Positions 38,141 to 48,201 of a DNA stretch of 62,229 nt are shown in pieces. Location: positions 1-62,229 of IMG/VR virus record IMGVR_UViG_3300020477_000002; one strand, given 5' to 3'. Every line of letters begins with the position of its first letter. Positions within the stretch are counted from its first letter, which is position 1. Source of the DNA: a virus (taxonomy: Duplodnaviria; Caudoviricetes). A program made the translations under genes and the position numbers. A model generated the notes under the pieces. It did not search any database. It saw only the letters and a list, made by a program, of their open reading frames with translations, and was not told where the DNA came from.

Positions 38141-38661
38141 TCTGGTTTAGTAGGCCATGTAATATCATCAGGATCACTCTGAGTTGGTACATCTCTTAAC
38201 TCCTGTCTGTAGGTTTCCATATCACTTGAAAGTGTGTTGTCTGAGAGTGCAAGATAATCTGTCTCTGCTAGTTTTCTATTCCTCTCTCTCCTTACATTAT
38301 CCCACTTATCTGCCAGTAGCCTTGCATCCTTTGCAGTGTCATCTCCAGTAAAATGAGTTTCAATCTCAATATCATTAACAGTTACTTTAGTTTTCTTATC
38401 TGACCATTTGATGTTGTAGACTCCTTCTGCTTGGTAATCACTTAACTGAACAAGTCTTGCAGACACATCTTCATCTGTGCATTCAACTATCGTGTAACCA
38501 GTTTCACCTGAGTAGTCCACTACAGGATGTCGATCACCAGAAGTGATTGTAGCAAGCCAAGCCCAATACTCAGGTTTGTCTAACCCTTTAGTTTTTCTCC
38601 TGCATTGCCACTCTTGTTCGTGAACTTGCTGGAGTACGTTGCTTTTGTGTGATATAAACAT
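38137..38661 (-). CDS. Tail fibre assembly chaperone (Tfa-like C-terminus)
   Basis: W-x2-VRRERNRKLAETDY...YRQELRDVP...ITWPTKP. Confidence 0.85.
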   Translation of the reverse strand: MFISHKSNVLQQVHEQEWQCRRKTKGLDKPEYWAWLATITSGDRHPVVDYSGETGYTIVECTDEDVSARLVQLSDYQAEGVYNIKWSDKKTKVTVNDIEIETHFTGDDTAKDARLLADKWDNVRRERNRKLAETDYLALSDNTLSSDMETYRQELRDVPTQSDPDDITWPTKPE

Positions 38662-38663
38662 AT

Positions 38664-41315
38664 TTAACCTATTTTTATAATTCTAAATTCGTTATAACCA
38701 ACACTACTTCCATCAGCAACATTACCAGTACCATAATCAACTCTTACAGTAATGTAATCTCCTCTTTTACAATGCCACCTTCTCATGCCATGCACAGTAT
38801 CATCAGAAGACGTTCTCCTCATCAACCTACCATTATCTTGACCACCAGTAGTATTGTTTTTTAGAATAGTTACAACTCCACTATCCCCATGAAAATAATT
38901 TTGATATGAAACTTCATAGTAACCATCCTCAAGAATAATAATTCTATCGTATGCTATCGCAATTCCTTTATTATAATGGTCTTTTCCATCCTCAAGTCCT
39001 CTCCAATAATCACCGAACCATATATTGCCAGCAGTTACATGACCTCCTTCTCTTGCACAATGCATTTCAACTCTTGGCCCAATATAACTCGTATCCCTCG
39101 TAACCTCATCCCAAGTCTTACCGTCTGGTGTAACAACTAAGTTAGTCTGTTCCATATTCCTGTCACCACCTACCAACTCATGTAGGTAAGGTGTTTCAAA
39201 GGTCTGATAGTGGAAACTTGTGTGGATTGGGGAGGCTAAATGATATTGAGTAAAATTATATCCACCATTAAGAATAGTTGAAATTACCTCATTATTACCT
39301 AGTGTTGCAGAATCAGCTAGAGTGTAAAGATCACCAGTATCACCTCCCGCATTCGCTCCTGCCCCAATAGCAGTTTTAGTATTTGCAGTAGTACCGGGGA
39401 ATGTTACAGTATGAGATTGTTCTGAATTTGCTATTCCTGCAACAACATCTGTTCCAAAAAAGTGCAATTTTGCAGTCATAGTAGCAGTGCCAGCACGAAC
39501 ACCATTAAAACCAAATGGAGGAGCCACCCAAACTTCTACTGCCGGAGTAGCATTAAAAGCTGCAGATGAATCATAAAAAACATCCCTTGTTGCAGATAAA
39601 GCTCTGACTCCTTTGCTAATTTCTGTACCATTAGATTTTGCCGTTTGTTTTACAAAATCTGCCATTAGCATATAGTCTGCCAGCACTACTGCATCCTCTG
39701 GTATTGGTGGTTTCTTGGGTTGGTGGAAGGATATATCTGCTCTTGGCCCTTGTTCGTAAATATTATTACCAGTTGAAGCATCCCAATCTTTTACCTCAAC
39801 CCCGTCTACATACCATTTTCCTGTAGAAGTGCTTGAATCGTTTACTTCTATTTTAAAAATATGAGTTCCATACGGAAGATTTTGAACTACAGTTTTCGGA
39901 GCAGTATCGTTTGTGCCATCATGACCATCTATAGCTATACCAGTACCTATAAAAGTAATAAAAGCATCTTTGCCAGTAGCATTTCTAATAAGACCATAAG
40001 CATTATTAAGATAATAATCGTCTGCCCCTAATGAAGTAAGACCATCATCCATAACGTATGCAATATCATCGGCAGCTCCAGAAAGCATACTTGCATCTGC
40101 CCAATATGCTCTTTCTGTTCCTCCATTTACCGCACCATTACCAAACTCTCTCCAATGGAAAGTCTTGGCAACCTCAGAGAGTGAATGGTCTATTGCTCCT
40201 GAAAATGTAGGTAAATAAGTATTGTTTGCAACAGATGCATTAGCTTTTGCAGATATTGCAGTACCAGCAATATTCTGGGCATTAGGTGGCATCATGTTTA
40301 CTGATGTCTTGATTGTTCCATCACTAGCAACCCATTTAACTACTCTTCCACCATTGTAGGGTCTGTAGTAATTAGAACCATTTTTCCATCCATCTGTTCC
40401 TAATGAAGTAGCATAATCAATATATGTATTATGGTTATCTGTTTCATTGGTGAACCCATTAAAAGGATCATAATGTGGTGTACCACTTACAGTAAACTTC
40501 TTTCCGTAGCTGACTACATTCTGTGAGGGTATCTGGATTTTGGATTTGTTTGCAGTTGAAGAGGTGTCTTGGGCTATTAGTTCTACTCCATAGTTTGAGT
40601 AGTAAGCACCATTTGTGTTACTAATTCGCAAAGTATTGATACCCAATGTTGGAGTTGCATTAAATGTAACATTTACAACTGATGCAGAGTCAACAAACCT
40701 ACTTGATAGAGGTGAAGCTACACCAACAGCTAAATCATTGTTTTGTCTTGTGCCACCATTTATAGCAATACCAAATTGATCATTATTAGTTCCAGAAGGC
40801 CAATGTAGTACATTTGCATCATTAAAATAACCAACAATCTCAATAAAATGATTATCGTCTGCCATTGAGGATGTTGAATTTTCTAAAAAATTCCCATGTG
40901 CATTATTCAACATAACCCATTTGTCACCACAAGCCCTAACCCACTCTCTACCATCTATTGAATAAACATTTGATCCATGTGTTGCAGTCTCTTGTTCAAG
41001 TAATTGCAATGACTTAAACTTATGTCTCTGACTACCAAAATGAGCACCTATCCGTGGGTCTTTAATCGGCTTGCTACCCTTGATGTCTGTGTAGTAGTAC
41101 ATCCTTCCGTCTGACTGCACTGTTCCATATTTACTTGAAGTAACAGTAGAACTATTTGGGCCAGTTGTACTTGCAGATAATGAAGTAGTGCCATCAACCA
41201 TTTTGTCAGCAACCGCAGGATACAGCACACCGGGGATTATGTGTGGTAATACTTCACCAGCATCCATGCCAGTTGAAAAATCTGCTCCACTTGCTATATC
41301 TCTTGCTCGTGTCAT
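38664..41315 (-). CDS. Large receptor-binding / tail spike protein
   Basis: 883 aa, beta-rich, MTRARDIA N-terminus, C1q-like C-terminus, followed by a chaperone. Confidence 0.75.
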   Translation of the reverse strand: MTRARDIASGADFSTGMDAGEVLPHIIPGVLYPAVADKMVDGTTSLSASTTGPNSSTVTSSKYGTVQSDGRMYYYTDIKGSKPIKDPRIGAHFGSQRHKFKSLQLLEQETATHGSNVYSIDGREWVRACGDKWVMLNNAHGNFLENSTSSMADDNHFIEIVGYFNDANVLHWPSGTNNDQFGIAINGGTRQNNDLAVGVASPLSSRFVDSASVVNVTFNATPTLGINTLRISNTNGAYYSNYGVELIAQDTSSTANKSKIQIPSQNVVSYGKKFTVSGTPHYDPFNGFTNETDNHNTYIDYATSLGTDGWKNGSNYYRPYNGGRVVKWVASDGTIKTSVNMMPPNAQNIAGTAISAKANASVANNTYLPTFSGAIDHSLSEVAKTFHWREFGNGAVNGGTERAYWADASMLSGAADDIAYVMDDGLTSLGADDYYLNNAYGLIRNATGKDAFITFIGTGIAIDGHDGTNDTAPKTVVQNLPYGTHIFKIEVNDSSTSTGKWYVDGVEVKDWDASTGNNIYEQGPRADISFHQPKKPPIPEDAVVLADYMLMADFVKQTAKSNGTEISKGVRALSATRDVFYDSSAAFNATPAVEVWVAPPFGFNGVRAGTATMTAKLHFFGTDVVAGIANSEQSHTVTFPGTTANTKTAIGAGANAGGDTGDLYTLADSATLGNNEVISTILNGGYNFTQYHLASPIHTSFHYQTFETPYLHELVGGDRNMEQTNLVVTPDGKTWDEVTRDTSYIGPRVEMHCAREGGHVTAGNIWFGDYWRGLEDGKDHYNKGIAIAYDRIIILEDGYYEVSYQNYFHGDSGVVTILKNNTTGGQDNGRLMRRTSSDDTVHGMRRWHCKRGDYITVRVDYGTGNVADGSSVGYNEFRIIKIG

Positions 41316-41318
41316 GTG

Positions 41319-41621
41319 TTACTCCGTTGGTTTTGGATTGTCATCTTTTACTTTTTTTATTTCTGCTTCCATATCTGAGGGGAATGCTCCTGCTTTGTAT
41401 AAAGCATCTAATTGATCACCAATTTCTGGATAAGATTTTTGTCTATCTCTTCCATATTGATATGCTTCCCATTCACCTTTTAAGGTTTCTTTATGAGCGG
41501 CTCTTTTAGTATCATCAGCATAATCAGCTTCTCCCCAACGAGAAAGTATTTCTCTCCATACTGAAGAATGCTCACTTTCCCATTCTTTTAAATCTAAAAA
41601 ATTTATTAAATTGTTTTTCAT
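41319..41621 (-). CDS. Fibre-tip chaperone-like protein (family copy 4)
   Basis: YPEIGDQLDALY...IKKVKDDNPK. Confidence 0.7.
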   Translation of the reverse strand: MKNNLINFLDLKEWESEHSSVWREILSRWGEADYADDTKRAAHKETLKGEWEAYQYGRDRQKSYPEIGDQLDALYKAGAFPSDMEAEIKKVKDDNPKPTE

Positions 41622-42098
41622 TTATGCCTCCATAATATAAAATCCGCCCCAAGCAGAATAAGAGCCATGAAAATCAGAAGCATGAGCAGTACAAACTTGG
41701 ATATAATCTCCTCCTGCTAAAGTCATAGGAACGCCACCGTGCTGAATTATATCTCCTGAATCGCCTTCAGGGCCGAATGAAAGTTCGTTAGAACTTGAAT
41801 CATTAAGATTGACAAGAGTTCCGTTTTTCTTGAACGTAAATCCATTATTTGTATCGTTCTGTGCAGTATAACAATTAAAGAAAAACCAGTATCTGCCAGC
41901 AAAAGGTGCAGTGTATTTTTTATCAGTTGTGTTATAATCTCCACCTACATCAAAACAATCACCAGTACTAACATCATCAAATGGAACAATATCATACTGA
42001 GAAATGGCCGCCCAACCAGCTTCACCCCTTGCCTGAAAAGAAGATGGTCTTTTTATAACACCTGACTTACTTCCTGCTCCTCCAATTAATCCACTCAT
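41622..42098 (-). CDS. C1q/TNF-like fibre tip protein
   Basis: FDVGGDYNTT...YTAPFAGRYWF...LAGGDYIQV. Confidence 0.75.
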   Translation of the reverse strand: MSGLIGGAGSKSGVIKRPSSFQARGEAGWAAISQYDIVPFDDVSTGDCFDVGGDYNTTDKKYTAPFAGRYWFFFNCYTAQNDTNNGFTFKKNGTLVNLNDSSSNELSFGPEGDSGDIIQHGGVPMTLAGGDYIQVCTAHASDFHGSYSAWGGFYIMEA

Positions 42099-42107
42099 GC
42101 TAATCTC

Positions 42108-42551
42108 CTATGCGTTGTTCTGGTCAATGAAGGTAATTATAACGTCATATTCTGTGCTATTACTATCTGTCTGAAATGTTAAAAATTGAGCCACACCCCC
42201 TTGATCTGCTATTGCATTTTGTTTGGTTGTATCATCCATTGGCCCTGTAAAGTTAGCTGGCTCAAAACCATTGAAACTAAACTTATCATTCCAGACATAA
42301 GTTTCATTAGCTGGCGTAGGACAAACAAATATTTTATGTACGCTATTTGTAGTACCACCTACAGCATCATAGCCGTTAAGTCTAAGGAACCCATTTTCTG
42401 TACCAGATCGTGCATTACAGTGGCAAATGACACTTAGAACTGTATATATATGATGTTGCTCTCCTATAATTAATTTTTGAACTGGTGCCGCAATATCTTC
42501 AAAAAGATGTGTCCGAATTATTTCTGTTCCTGCTCCTCTAGCTATAGCCAT
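42108..42551 (-). CDS. Putative fibre hub/adaptor protein 3
   Basis: Beta-sandwich pattern (YTVLSV...PANETYVWNDKF...DVIITFIDQ); follows a fibre ending WVLGG. Confidence 0.5.
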   Translation of the reverse strand: MAIARGAGTEIIRTHLFEDIAAPVQKLIIGEQHHIYTVLSVICHCNARSGTENGFLRLNGYDAVGGTTNSVHKIFVCPTPANETYVWNDKFSFNGFEPANFTGPMDDTTKQNAIADQGGVAQFLTFQTDSNSTEYDVIITFIDQNNA

Positions 42552-42552
42552 A

Positions 42553-43035
42553 CTATCCTCCTAATACCCAAGACTGGTGAAATGAGTTTTCCATAAACTG
42601 TCCTTTCTGTTTAATCTTTTTATTTGTTGCTGTTTCCATATCGGAACTAATTGTAATACTTGTACCATCTGCCGATATAGAATCTAAGGCTAACGAACCT
42701 ACGTTGGTTATATTATTATCACCGAAAGAGACATTCCCTGAGAAGCTTCCTCCTGTTGCTGGGACTGCATCACTTGAACTGAACGTGTGCTGTGCCTCGA
42801 TAATTACGACATCGTTCTGAGATAGAGCCGCAAGACCTGTGATTGAATTACCTGTGGTTGCAGTGAAGTCTGAGTCATGTAAGCGTACACCATTCAAATA
42901 GACTGCTACCCAACCAACAGTATAATTAATTGTCTTGCCACTGGTATCAGTGGTGATTGCTGTTTCACCACCAGATGTGGATGTGTAGTAGTATGTTTCT
43001 ACTCTACCTCGACTTAAATCGTTTCCTATATACAT
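42553..43035 (-). CDS. Short tail fibre / linker protein
   Basis: MYIG start, VAVYLNGVRL...DFTATTG domain, GGSFSGNV, ends WVLGG. Confidence 0.7.
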   Translation of the reverse strand: MYIGNDLSRGRVETYYYTSTSGGETAITTDTSGKTINYTVGWVAVYLNGVRLHDSDFTATTGNSITGLAALSQNDVVIIEAQHTFSSSDAVPATGGSFSGNVSFGDNNITNVGSLALDSISADGTSITISSDMETATNKKIKQKGQFMENSFHQSWVLGG

Positions 43036-43038
43036 GAG

Positions 43039-43311
43039 TTATCCTTTGGGATTATCGTCTTTCACTTTCTTAATCTTAGCCGCCATCTCAGTAGAAAATG
43101 CACCCTTATGGTAGAGGTCATCTAGTTGATCTCCAATGTCTGGATACAAGGGTTGTCTTGCTCTGGCATAGGCTTGAGCATCGTACTCTGCTTGTGCTTT
43201 CTCCATATCTACGACTACATCATTACCATTAATATCTTTAAATTCCTTAAAATCCCTAATTGTTATAACAGAAGGATTTTGTTGTCTAATAATAGAATCT
43301 AAATGCTTCAT
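43039..43311 (-). CDS. Fibre-tip chaperone-like protein (family copy 3)
   Basis: AEYDA...YPDIGDQLDDLYH...IKKVKDDNPK. Confidence 0.7.
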   Translation of the reverse strand: MKHLDSIIRQQNPSVITIRDFKEFKDINGNDVVVDMEKAQAEYDAQAYARARQPLYPDIGDQLDDLYHKGAFSTEMAAKIKKVKDDNPKG

Positions 43312-43892
43312 CCTGATACCTCCATTAGTTGATAAAAAGATTTAGTATCAAAATCAGTTGAATAGCCATAATTATAGTAACCTGATACAGTACTCTTTGG
43401 TTGCATTTGAAGTTTATAACTATTAGTCCCGACACTAGGTGATGTATCTGTACCTATTAATGTAGGAACTGCCCCATGCCAGCTACTCGTACCACCAGTG
43501 TACGATTGAGATTGAGATAAAACACTTCCAGAACTATCCACAATGCGGAAGCCTACAGTTCCCGAATTTTCTGTTAAAGCACCCCCTATTGCAACTGTAA
43601 CGATTACCTTGCTACCAGATTTAACATTAGTAATAGTTACTTCGTGACAGTCTGTCCAAACTTGATTACTGTGAGATACATACCCACCATGATCACTTAC
43701 TACAACCTGCAAAACATGACCAGCCGGAAATGTTCCTGCCGTTATCGTTGCAGTGGTTAGAGTTGCATTATGCAGAGTAGAAGCACCAGCATCACCCACC
43801 TGTATGGCATAGTTACTGCCAGACTGATCCTGACCCTGTATTAAAGTTTTGTTGCCTGTTCCTGCGGCACTCTTAATTATAAAATCTGCCAT
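43308..43892 (-). CDS. Fibre tip protein
   Basis: TFPAGHVLQVV followed by a beta-sandwich ending LMEVSG. Confidence 0.7.
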   Translation of the reverse strand: MADFIIKSAAGTGNKTLIQGQDQSGSNYAIQVGDAGASTLHNATLTTATITAGTFPAGHVLQVVVSDHGGYVSHSNQVWTDCHEVTITNVKSGSKVIVTVAIGGALTENSGTVGFRIVDSSGSVLSQSQSYTGGTSSWHGAVPTLIGTDTSPSVGTNSYKLQMQPKSTVSGYYNYGYSTDFDTKSFYQLMEVSG

Positions 43893-43895
43893 AGT

Positions 43896-44189
43896 TTATC
43901 CTTTCGGGTATTTATCCTTTGTTTTCTTAATTACTGCTTTCCATGAATCAACGCCATTATGATAAATCTCATCTAGCTGATCTGGGATACTTGGGTATTC
44001 TGATGCTCTGGATCGTTGGTATTCGTTTGCATCATATTCTGCTTGTAATTTTTTTATTTCTGCATCTACTTCGGCATTTGTTGGCTTTTTATCGTCACAT
44101 TGCCAATCAATACCTTTATAATCATCACCTATTATTGAGAATATTGCAGTTGGAACTAAAGATTTAATCGCATCTGCTATTGTAATCAT
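43896..44189 (-). CDS. Fibre-tip chaperone-like protein (family copy 2; XkdW-like N-terminus)
   Basis: DAIKSLVPTA.F, AEYDANEYQRSRASEYPSIPDQLD...KDKYPK. Confidence 0.7.
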   Translation of the reverse strand: MITIADAIKSLVPTAIFSIIGDDYKGIDWQCDDKKPTNAEVDAEIKKLQAEYDANEYQRSRASEYPSIPDQLDEIYHNGVDSWKAVIKKTKDKYPKG

Positions 44190-44767
44190 GATTTTATCTC
44201 CTGAACAAATAATGTCGATATTTGGCTCCCATCTTGAAATTCAAAATCTTGAGTAGCAGGTTTCCCAACTATACTAATAGTTACACTACCAGTTGAAGGA
44301 ACTGTTAAATAGTCTACAATACTAACTTGTACTCGATTACGTAAAGTTGAAATTGATGTTGCAGATGACCAACGCATACATTGGGCAAAATCTCTTAAAG
44401 TTGATGATCCATCCTGAATTTCTAAATCAAGTTCTCCACCAGCACCAATCACATTCCCACCAATACTAGCAAGTACAAGCATCTTATTACTTGTAGAAAC
44501 AAAATTACATGCAACACTAATTATTGTATCTGAACCAGAAGCACTAATATAAACTCTATCTGAACTTTGAGTAAAAAAAGTTTCAGCTACTGGATGCCCT
44601 GCTGGAAACGTACAATTTGCCATACTAGCAATCGTTGGTGTAGTTAGGGTTGCATTAGCAATAGTAGCCCCAGAGTCTGCAGTTGTGAGGACATCTGTAC
44701 CTGTTCGGTCTTGGAGTCTTAGCCTGTCTCCAGAATTTGTCTGAGGTTTTATAATTAGGTCTGGCAT
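44186..44767 (-). CDS. Fibre tip protein
   Basis: TFPAGHPV followed by a beta-sandwich ending VQEIKS. Confidence 0.7.
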   Translation of the reverse strand: MPDLIIKPQTNSGDRLRLQDRTGTDVLTTADSGATIANATLTTPTIASMANCTFPAGHPVAETFFTQSSDRVYISASGSDTIISVACNFVSTSNKMLVLASIGGNVIGAGGELDLEIQDGSSTLRDFAQCMRWSSATSISTLRNRVQVSIVDYLTVPSTGSVTISIVGKPATQDFEFQDGSQISTLFVQEIKS

Positions 44768-44770
44768 AGT

Positions 44771-45073
44771 TTAACTCTTAGGATATTTTGTTTTAATTGC
44801 TTGTCGTTTCTCTTGTAAGGCAGTCAGATCATCATCTAGGATTGCATGAACGCATTCTTGTATAGAGGGGTATTCTGCCTCACGTTTTCTTGAATAGGCT
44901 AGGGCATCGTATTCTGCTTGAAGTTCTGTAAGTTTATCTTCTGCTTGTTTTTTTGTTGGAGGTTTTTGACCGTCAAGATATTGCGTAGATTCAAAACTAT
45001 CTGTATCCCCTGCTAAATTACCTCCAACTAATTCCCTAATTGCATCATAAATCTTTGGTTTTTGACTTATCAT
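44771..45073 (-). CDS. Fibre-tip chaperone-like protein (family copy 1; start moved to MISQK)
   Basis: AEYDALAYSRKREAEYPSI...KTKYPK; ATGA overlap. Confidence 0.7.
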   Translation of the reverse strand: MISQKPKIYDAIRELVGGNLAGDTDSFESTQYLDGQKPPTKKQAEDKLTELQAEYDALAYSRKREAEYPSIQECVHAILDDDLTALQEKRQAIKTKYPKS

Positions 45074-45921
45074 CTTGCGATCTCCATACAAGTTATTGAT
45101 TGCATACTAGAACCAGCATCAAAGCCAATATAAGTATTATAGGCATTATGTGCCCTTGCTGAAATAGTATAAGTTTTTTCACTTGTTGAGTTCTCTGGAA
45201 CAGTATCTAAATAAACCATTGTTTGACCTTGCCATTTATCATGCCCAACTGATATTCCATAAGTCACTCCAGAAAGATTATAAGTTTCGGTAACATCTGA
45301 AGCGTTTTTATAAAAATCATAATACCCATAAGTTGCGGCAGTGTATGACATAAAAGTTGCTATTAATAAAATATCAGATGAGGCTAATGTTGGTGTAAAT
45401 GTAATACTAGTTGAAGCCTTAAATGGAGATGATGTCCAGCTAGTAGTAGTTGTATAAACACTACCACTAAATCTAGTATTTTCAGTTTTTATCACATGCC
45501 CTGTTGGGAACGTAGCATTACCAAGATTAAGATTTGGACTACCAGTAACAGCACTCCCAAGGGTTGCTCCTGTTCCTAACTCTCCTGTCATTCCAGTGAG
45601 TGAAGCATTCGGTGTTTGCGTAAGTGTACTGGCCTCAAGACTCCCTGAACCTGTTATGGTACGTGTACTAGTATCGTTAGTCAGGGTTATGGCATTCCCA
45701 TCATCCGATATCTTTGAGAGTATAAGGTTGTCTGATATGGTGACATCACCAACTACTGTAACTCCATCAGCTAAACGCATGGTGTGTTTATCATACGTTC
45801 CTGTTAGATTAAGGTTTGTAGGCTGGTCAGTAAAACTAATGTCATCAAGAGATATAGAACCGGGATCTATATCGGCACTTGATAATACTCTTGATCTTGG
45901 TGGTGTTCCTAAGTAGGCCAT
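45070..45921 (-). CDS. Tail fibre with tip domain (start moved to MAYLG)
   Basis: TAATG coupling at 45921; TFPTGHVIK; ends CMEIAR. Confidence 0.7.
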   Translation of the reverse strand: MAYLGTPPRSRVLSSADIDPGSISLDDISFTDQPTNLNLTGTYDKHTMRLADGVTVVGDVTISDNLILSKISDDGNAITLTNDTSTRTITGSGSLEASTLTQTPNASLTGMTGELGTGATLGSAVTGSPNLNLGNATFPTGHVIKTENTRFSGSVYTTTTSWTSSPFKASTSITFTPTLASSDILLIATFMSYTAATYGYYDFYKNASDVTETYNLSGVTYGISVGHDKWQGQTMVYLDTVPENSTSEKTYTISARAHNAYNTYIGFDAGSSMQSITCMEIAR

Positions 45922-46265
45922 TATGTAATCTCCAATATACTCATACACACATCAACACTTGATGCGGCTGATGATTTAACCTTAATAAGATCTGTGGGTT
46001 CCATCACCAACTTCTGATCCCCACCAACAAGCACGACTGTCGATCCTGAAGGGACAGGAATGCTAGTTCCTAGTGATATATCATTGGTTGTATTAGCCAT
46101 TGTAGCTGATAAAGCTACATCAACATCAACTGAACTCCCAGTCACATTAGAGACAGACAGACCTATTACTGTCGTTTCCGTTGAAGAAGGAACAGCATAC
46201 GAACCAACTTGCGTCAGAGAAGTACCCACTCCTTTTGATGTTTTCTTTTTAAATGCATTTGCCAT
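45921..46265 (-). CDS. Putative fibre hub/adaptor protein 2
   Basis: Y.VPSSTETTVIGL...IPVPSGST...KLVMEPTDLIKV...DV.MSILEIT; follows a fibre ending AMAIALG. Confidence 0.6.
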   Translation of the reverse strand: MANAFKKKTSKGVGTSLTQVGSYAVPSSTETTVIGLSVSNVTGSSVDVDVALSATMANTTNDISLGTSIPVPSGSTVVLVGGDQKLVMEPTDLIKVKSSAASSVDVCMSILEIT

Positions 46266-46281
46266 AATTTATCCTTTAATA

Positions 46282-48201
46282 TCAGCCGAGTGCAATTGCC
46301 ATTGCAACGGATGCGTTATTAGCTTCAGTTTGAGTTTCTGCTGTAGTAAGCCCAACATGAGTCCACGATGATCCATCATAAACTTTTAACCTATTAGCTG
46401 TACTATCAAATGCCAAATCTCCATCAGCTAAGGCATTACCTCCCCCATCAGTTGATGGTGCAGATGGAGAGAAGTTGTCTATCTGGTATAGATCTGCAAA
46501 GTTACTAACATCAGATATATTAGTTGCTACTGTATCTAAATCTGCAACAACATCAGTAGTGCCTAATATAGCCATATCTGCTACACAATCGGAAGTACCC
46601 AAGAGTGCCATATCAGCAACACAATCAGCAGTTCCAAGCAATGCCATATCTGCTGTTGCATCTGCAGTCCCCAACCTAGCTAAATGACCAGTAGATGCAG
46701 TTGCCATAGCACTTGTACCTAATAAACCTATTTCTGTATCTCTGGCAGCAACAGCTCCTATATCAGTTGCATCTCCTGCAACTGCTGTTACATCACTACT
46801 AATACCTGCAACTGTAGTTACATTTGCACTTATACCTGCAACTGTATTTACATTAGCTACATTATCTGCAACTACATCAACCTGTTTAATATTACGATTA
46901 GTTCCACTTGATGCTGTAGTTGACCCATCAAACTTATTTGTTAGTATATCAATCTGGGTTTGATCACTTGCAGTTGGCTTAAATGCAGACCAGCTTGTAC
47001 TAACTGTATCATAAGCCCACATTGTCTTTTTATCGATATTCCAATACATTGCTCCATCATTTAATCCTCCATTCCGATTATTTAATATTGGATGAATATT
47101 AGTTACTGTGATAGTTGCTGTATTAGATGTACTGCCCGGATCAGTATAAAGAAGTGTGTCACCTATATTAAAATTCTTTCCCCAACTGGCAGTATTAGCA
47201 AATGTTGGATTACCTGATCCATCTGTAGTTATATCAAATGTATGTTTATCCGTTCCAGTAATTTGACCTGAACCAGATGTGCTTGTAGCTTCAACACCAG
47301 TATATGTTTGGCTTGCCTGCCATGCTCCAGATGGTGTGGGTGTATAATCACTTAATGCAGTAATACTACTATGTTTATCTCCTAAATACAGATCCTCAAA
47401 ATCATTGTACTTGGAGACTGTAAGATCATACTGTTGTTCAGCAGTTGCAGCATAAGATCTGGCAGATTTATCAAAACCCGAAACAACTGTATGCAGAGTA
47501 AAATTTTCACCACCTCCTAAAGCCCATTGCTTTGCAGTACCTTCAGTTGGAGTTGTTCCCGTTGCCCATTCTTTTGCTGAATATTCTGAATCTGCTACTA
47601 CTTCTCCTGTAGTCTTTGCCCATTCCTTTGCTGATCCAACAGTTGGTGCATCTGCTCCTGTTGCAGCAGCATAATCTTTAGCACTCCATTCTGTTCCGTC
47701 AACTGTTCCTGATGTATTAGTGGCCCAATCCTTTGCAGAACCACCTTGTGTTGAATTTGCTAAATTATCTTGTGCCCATGCTTTTGCAGATCTCAAATTG
47801 GCGTCCCCAGAACCTGACACAACACCTTGAGACATTGCCCATTCTTTTGCCGAACCTCCAGTAGTTAGCACACCAGAATTAGCATCTCCATGTGCATATT
47901 CTTTAGCTGAGAATTCTGATGTATCAACTGTACTATCAACAGTTGTTGCCCACTCCTTTGCTGCTCCCCTACTTGCAGTATTTGTTACACCTGTACCACC
48001 AACTGCATAAGCTTTTGCTGAACCTTCTCCACTATCTGCTCCAGAAACCTGATCAATTACAGTCCCATCTGTTTTCTTAGCCCAATAAGCTGCAGTTGCA
48101 CGTTCCTTCGCTATATCCTCAGAATCATCTATGATTCCTAATGCTGCGGTATTAGCTAGACTGGAGCTTCCTGCTCCTATATAAATTGGACTCTTAGACA
48201 T
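46282..48201 (-). CDS. Tail fibre shaft protein with internal repeats
   Basis: About 11 SAK[ED][WY]A-type repeats, VTTVAG heptads, four T.D..ADMA.LG-type repeats; ends AMAIALG. Confidence 0.8.
   Translation of the reverse strand: MSKSPIYIGAGSSSLANTAALGIIDDSEDIAKERATAAYWAKKTDGTVIDQVSGADSGEGSAKAYAVGGTGVTNTASRGAAKEWATTVDSTVDTSEFSAKEYAHGDANSGVLTTGGSAKEWAMSQGVVSGSGDANLRSAKAWAQDNLANSTQGGSAKDWATNTSGTVDGTEWSAKDYAAATGADAPTVGSAKEWAKTTGEVVADSEYSAKEWATGTTPTEGTAKQWALGGGENFTLHTVVSGFDKSARSYAATAEQQYDLTVSKYNDFEDLYLGDKHSSITALSDYTPTPSGAWQASQTYTGVEATSTSGSGQITGTDKHTFDITTDGSGNPTFANTASWGKNFNIGDTLLYTDPGSTSNTATITVTNIHPILNNRNGGLNDGAMYWNIDKKTMWAYDTVSTSWSAFKPTASDQTQIDILTNKFDGSTTASSGTNRNIKQVDVVADNVANVNTVAGISANVTTVAGISSDVTAVAGDATDIGAVAARDTEIGLLGTSAMATASTGHLARLGTADATADMALLGTADCVADMALLGTSDCVADMAILGTTDVVADLDTVATNISDVSNFADLYQIDNFSPSAPSTDGGGNALADGDLAFDSTANRLKVYDGSSWTHVGLTTAETQTEANNASVAMAIALG

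Noticed and set aside
38137-45921. Diversity-generating retroelement or invertase shufflon acting on the fibre tips
   Set aside because: No reverse transcriptase, no adenine-variant template repeat seen, no recombinase, and all cassettes are co-oriented with their own starts
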